In this document: piece after piece, positions 38,750-39,129 of the stretch
Layout: every line of letters begins with the position of its first letter
How positions within the stretch are numbered: position 1 is the stretch's first letter
From: Acidobacteriota bacterium
GTDB lineage: Bacteria > Acidobacteriota > Vicinamibacteria > Vicinamibacterales > Fen-181
Direction of reading: 5' to 3'
DNA length: 39,129 bases
Assembly: GCA_003157675.1 (NCBI GenBank)
Contig: PMKG01000469.1
Location: forward strand, 2,262-41,390
Position numbers and translations under genes: made by a program
The notes under the pieces: model-generated
What the model was told of the DNA's origin: nothing
Seen by the model: only the letters and a program-made list of their open reading frames with translations
Databases searched by the model: none

Positions 38750-39129
38750 ATGCTGAAACTGCCGATTTACATGGACAACCACGCCACCACGCCGGTCGAT
38801 CCGCGCGTGCTCGAGGCGATGTTGCCGTATTTCACCGACCGGTTCGGCAACGCGGCCAGCCGGAACCACTCGTTCGGGTGGCAGGCCGAGGAGGCCGTCG
38901 AGGTCGGGCGCAAGCAGGTGGCGGATCTGATTGGCGCGACGGCGAAGGAGATCGTCTTCACGAGCGGCGCCACCGAGTCGGACAACCTCGCGATCAAGGG
39001 CGCGGCGCTCATGTATCGCGAGAAGGGCAATCACATCGTCACGGTCGTCACCGAGCACAAGGCGGTGCTCGACACGTGCAAGCACCTCGAGAAGGACGGC
39101 TTCGAGGTGACCTACCTGCCGGTGGAACG
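38750..39129 (+). CDS. iscS: Cysteine desulfurase, N-terminal 126 codons (runs off the window)
   Basis: Not in the ORF track because there is no stop. From ATG 38750 it reads [86 protein letters not shown]...[23 protein letters not shown]. As far as I recall the E. coli IscS N-terminus, this is nearly colinear with it. Confidence 0.9.
   Translation, partial: MLKLPIYMDNHATTPVDPRVLEAMLPYFTDRFGNAASRNHSFGWQAEEAVEVGRKQVADLIGATAKEIVFTSGATESDNLAIKGAALMYREKGNHIVTVVTEHKAVLDTCKHLEKDGFEVTYLPVE

Overview
This is a 39.1-kb, strongly GC-rich bacterial chromosomal segment. Codon third positions are almost uniformly G/C, so many long Arg/Pro-rich ORFs in the track are antisense or off-frame shadows. All calls come from reading the sequence and recognising motifs; no database search was run. 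I call 37 protein genes, two of which run off the window ends and are missing from the ORF track. I also call one tRNA-Glu(CUC), one truncated antitoxin pseudogene and several families of short intergenic repeats. Left to right the genes are:
- a sulfatase-like enzyme and two secreted beta-lactamase-fold hydrolases, one fused to a NamZ/DUF1343 domain
- a minus-strand block of M23 peptidase, heme O synthase (ctaB), ABC-2 exporter and DUF420
- tRNA-Glu, followed by a higA remnant and an orphan KaiC-like ATPase
- a TPR protein, an ornithine-cyclodeaminase-family protein, GGT, a VWA protein, an OsmC-family protein, a DUF1624 protein and FabI
- a c-di-GMP enzyme (HD-GYP/GAF/GGDEF) downstream of a sigma-54 activator, with bPH and DUF4097 neighbours
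- divergent queC/queD, a HAD phosphatase and an orphan divergent PilT-like ATPase
- a glutaredoxin-like gene, an aminotransferase-hom pair, a second HAD hydrolase, a MoeZ-type adenylyltransferase and iscR-iscS

An acidobacterial-style VWFA protein suggests Acidobacteriota, but that is inference only. The most interesting signals are:
1. A Grx-like gene (33666..33896) with an in-frame TGA exactly at the first Cys of the CxxC motif and a SECIS-like hairpin 15 nt downstream. This is a candidate selenoprotein that ORF calling truncates to 60 aa.
2. A dispersed 25-nt hairpin repeat in 9 copies, with compensatory stem changes and a strand-specific G.T wobble.
3. Two further repeat families: GATC-rich octamer palindromes and TTGAGCC heptamer arrays, one array filling the queC/queD divergent promoter.
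4. A candidate -24/-12 sigma-54 promoter and repeated upstream motifs between the activator gene and the c-di-GMP gene.

No CRISPR array, transposase, integrase or rRNA was seen.
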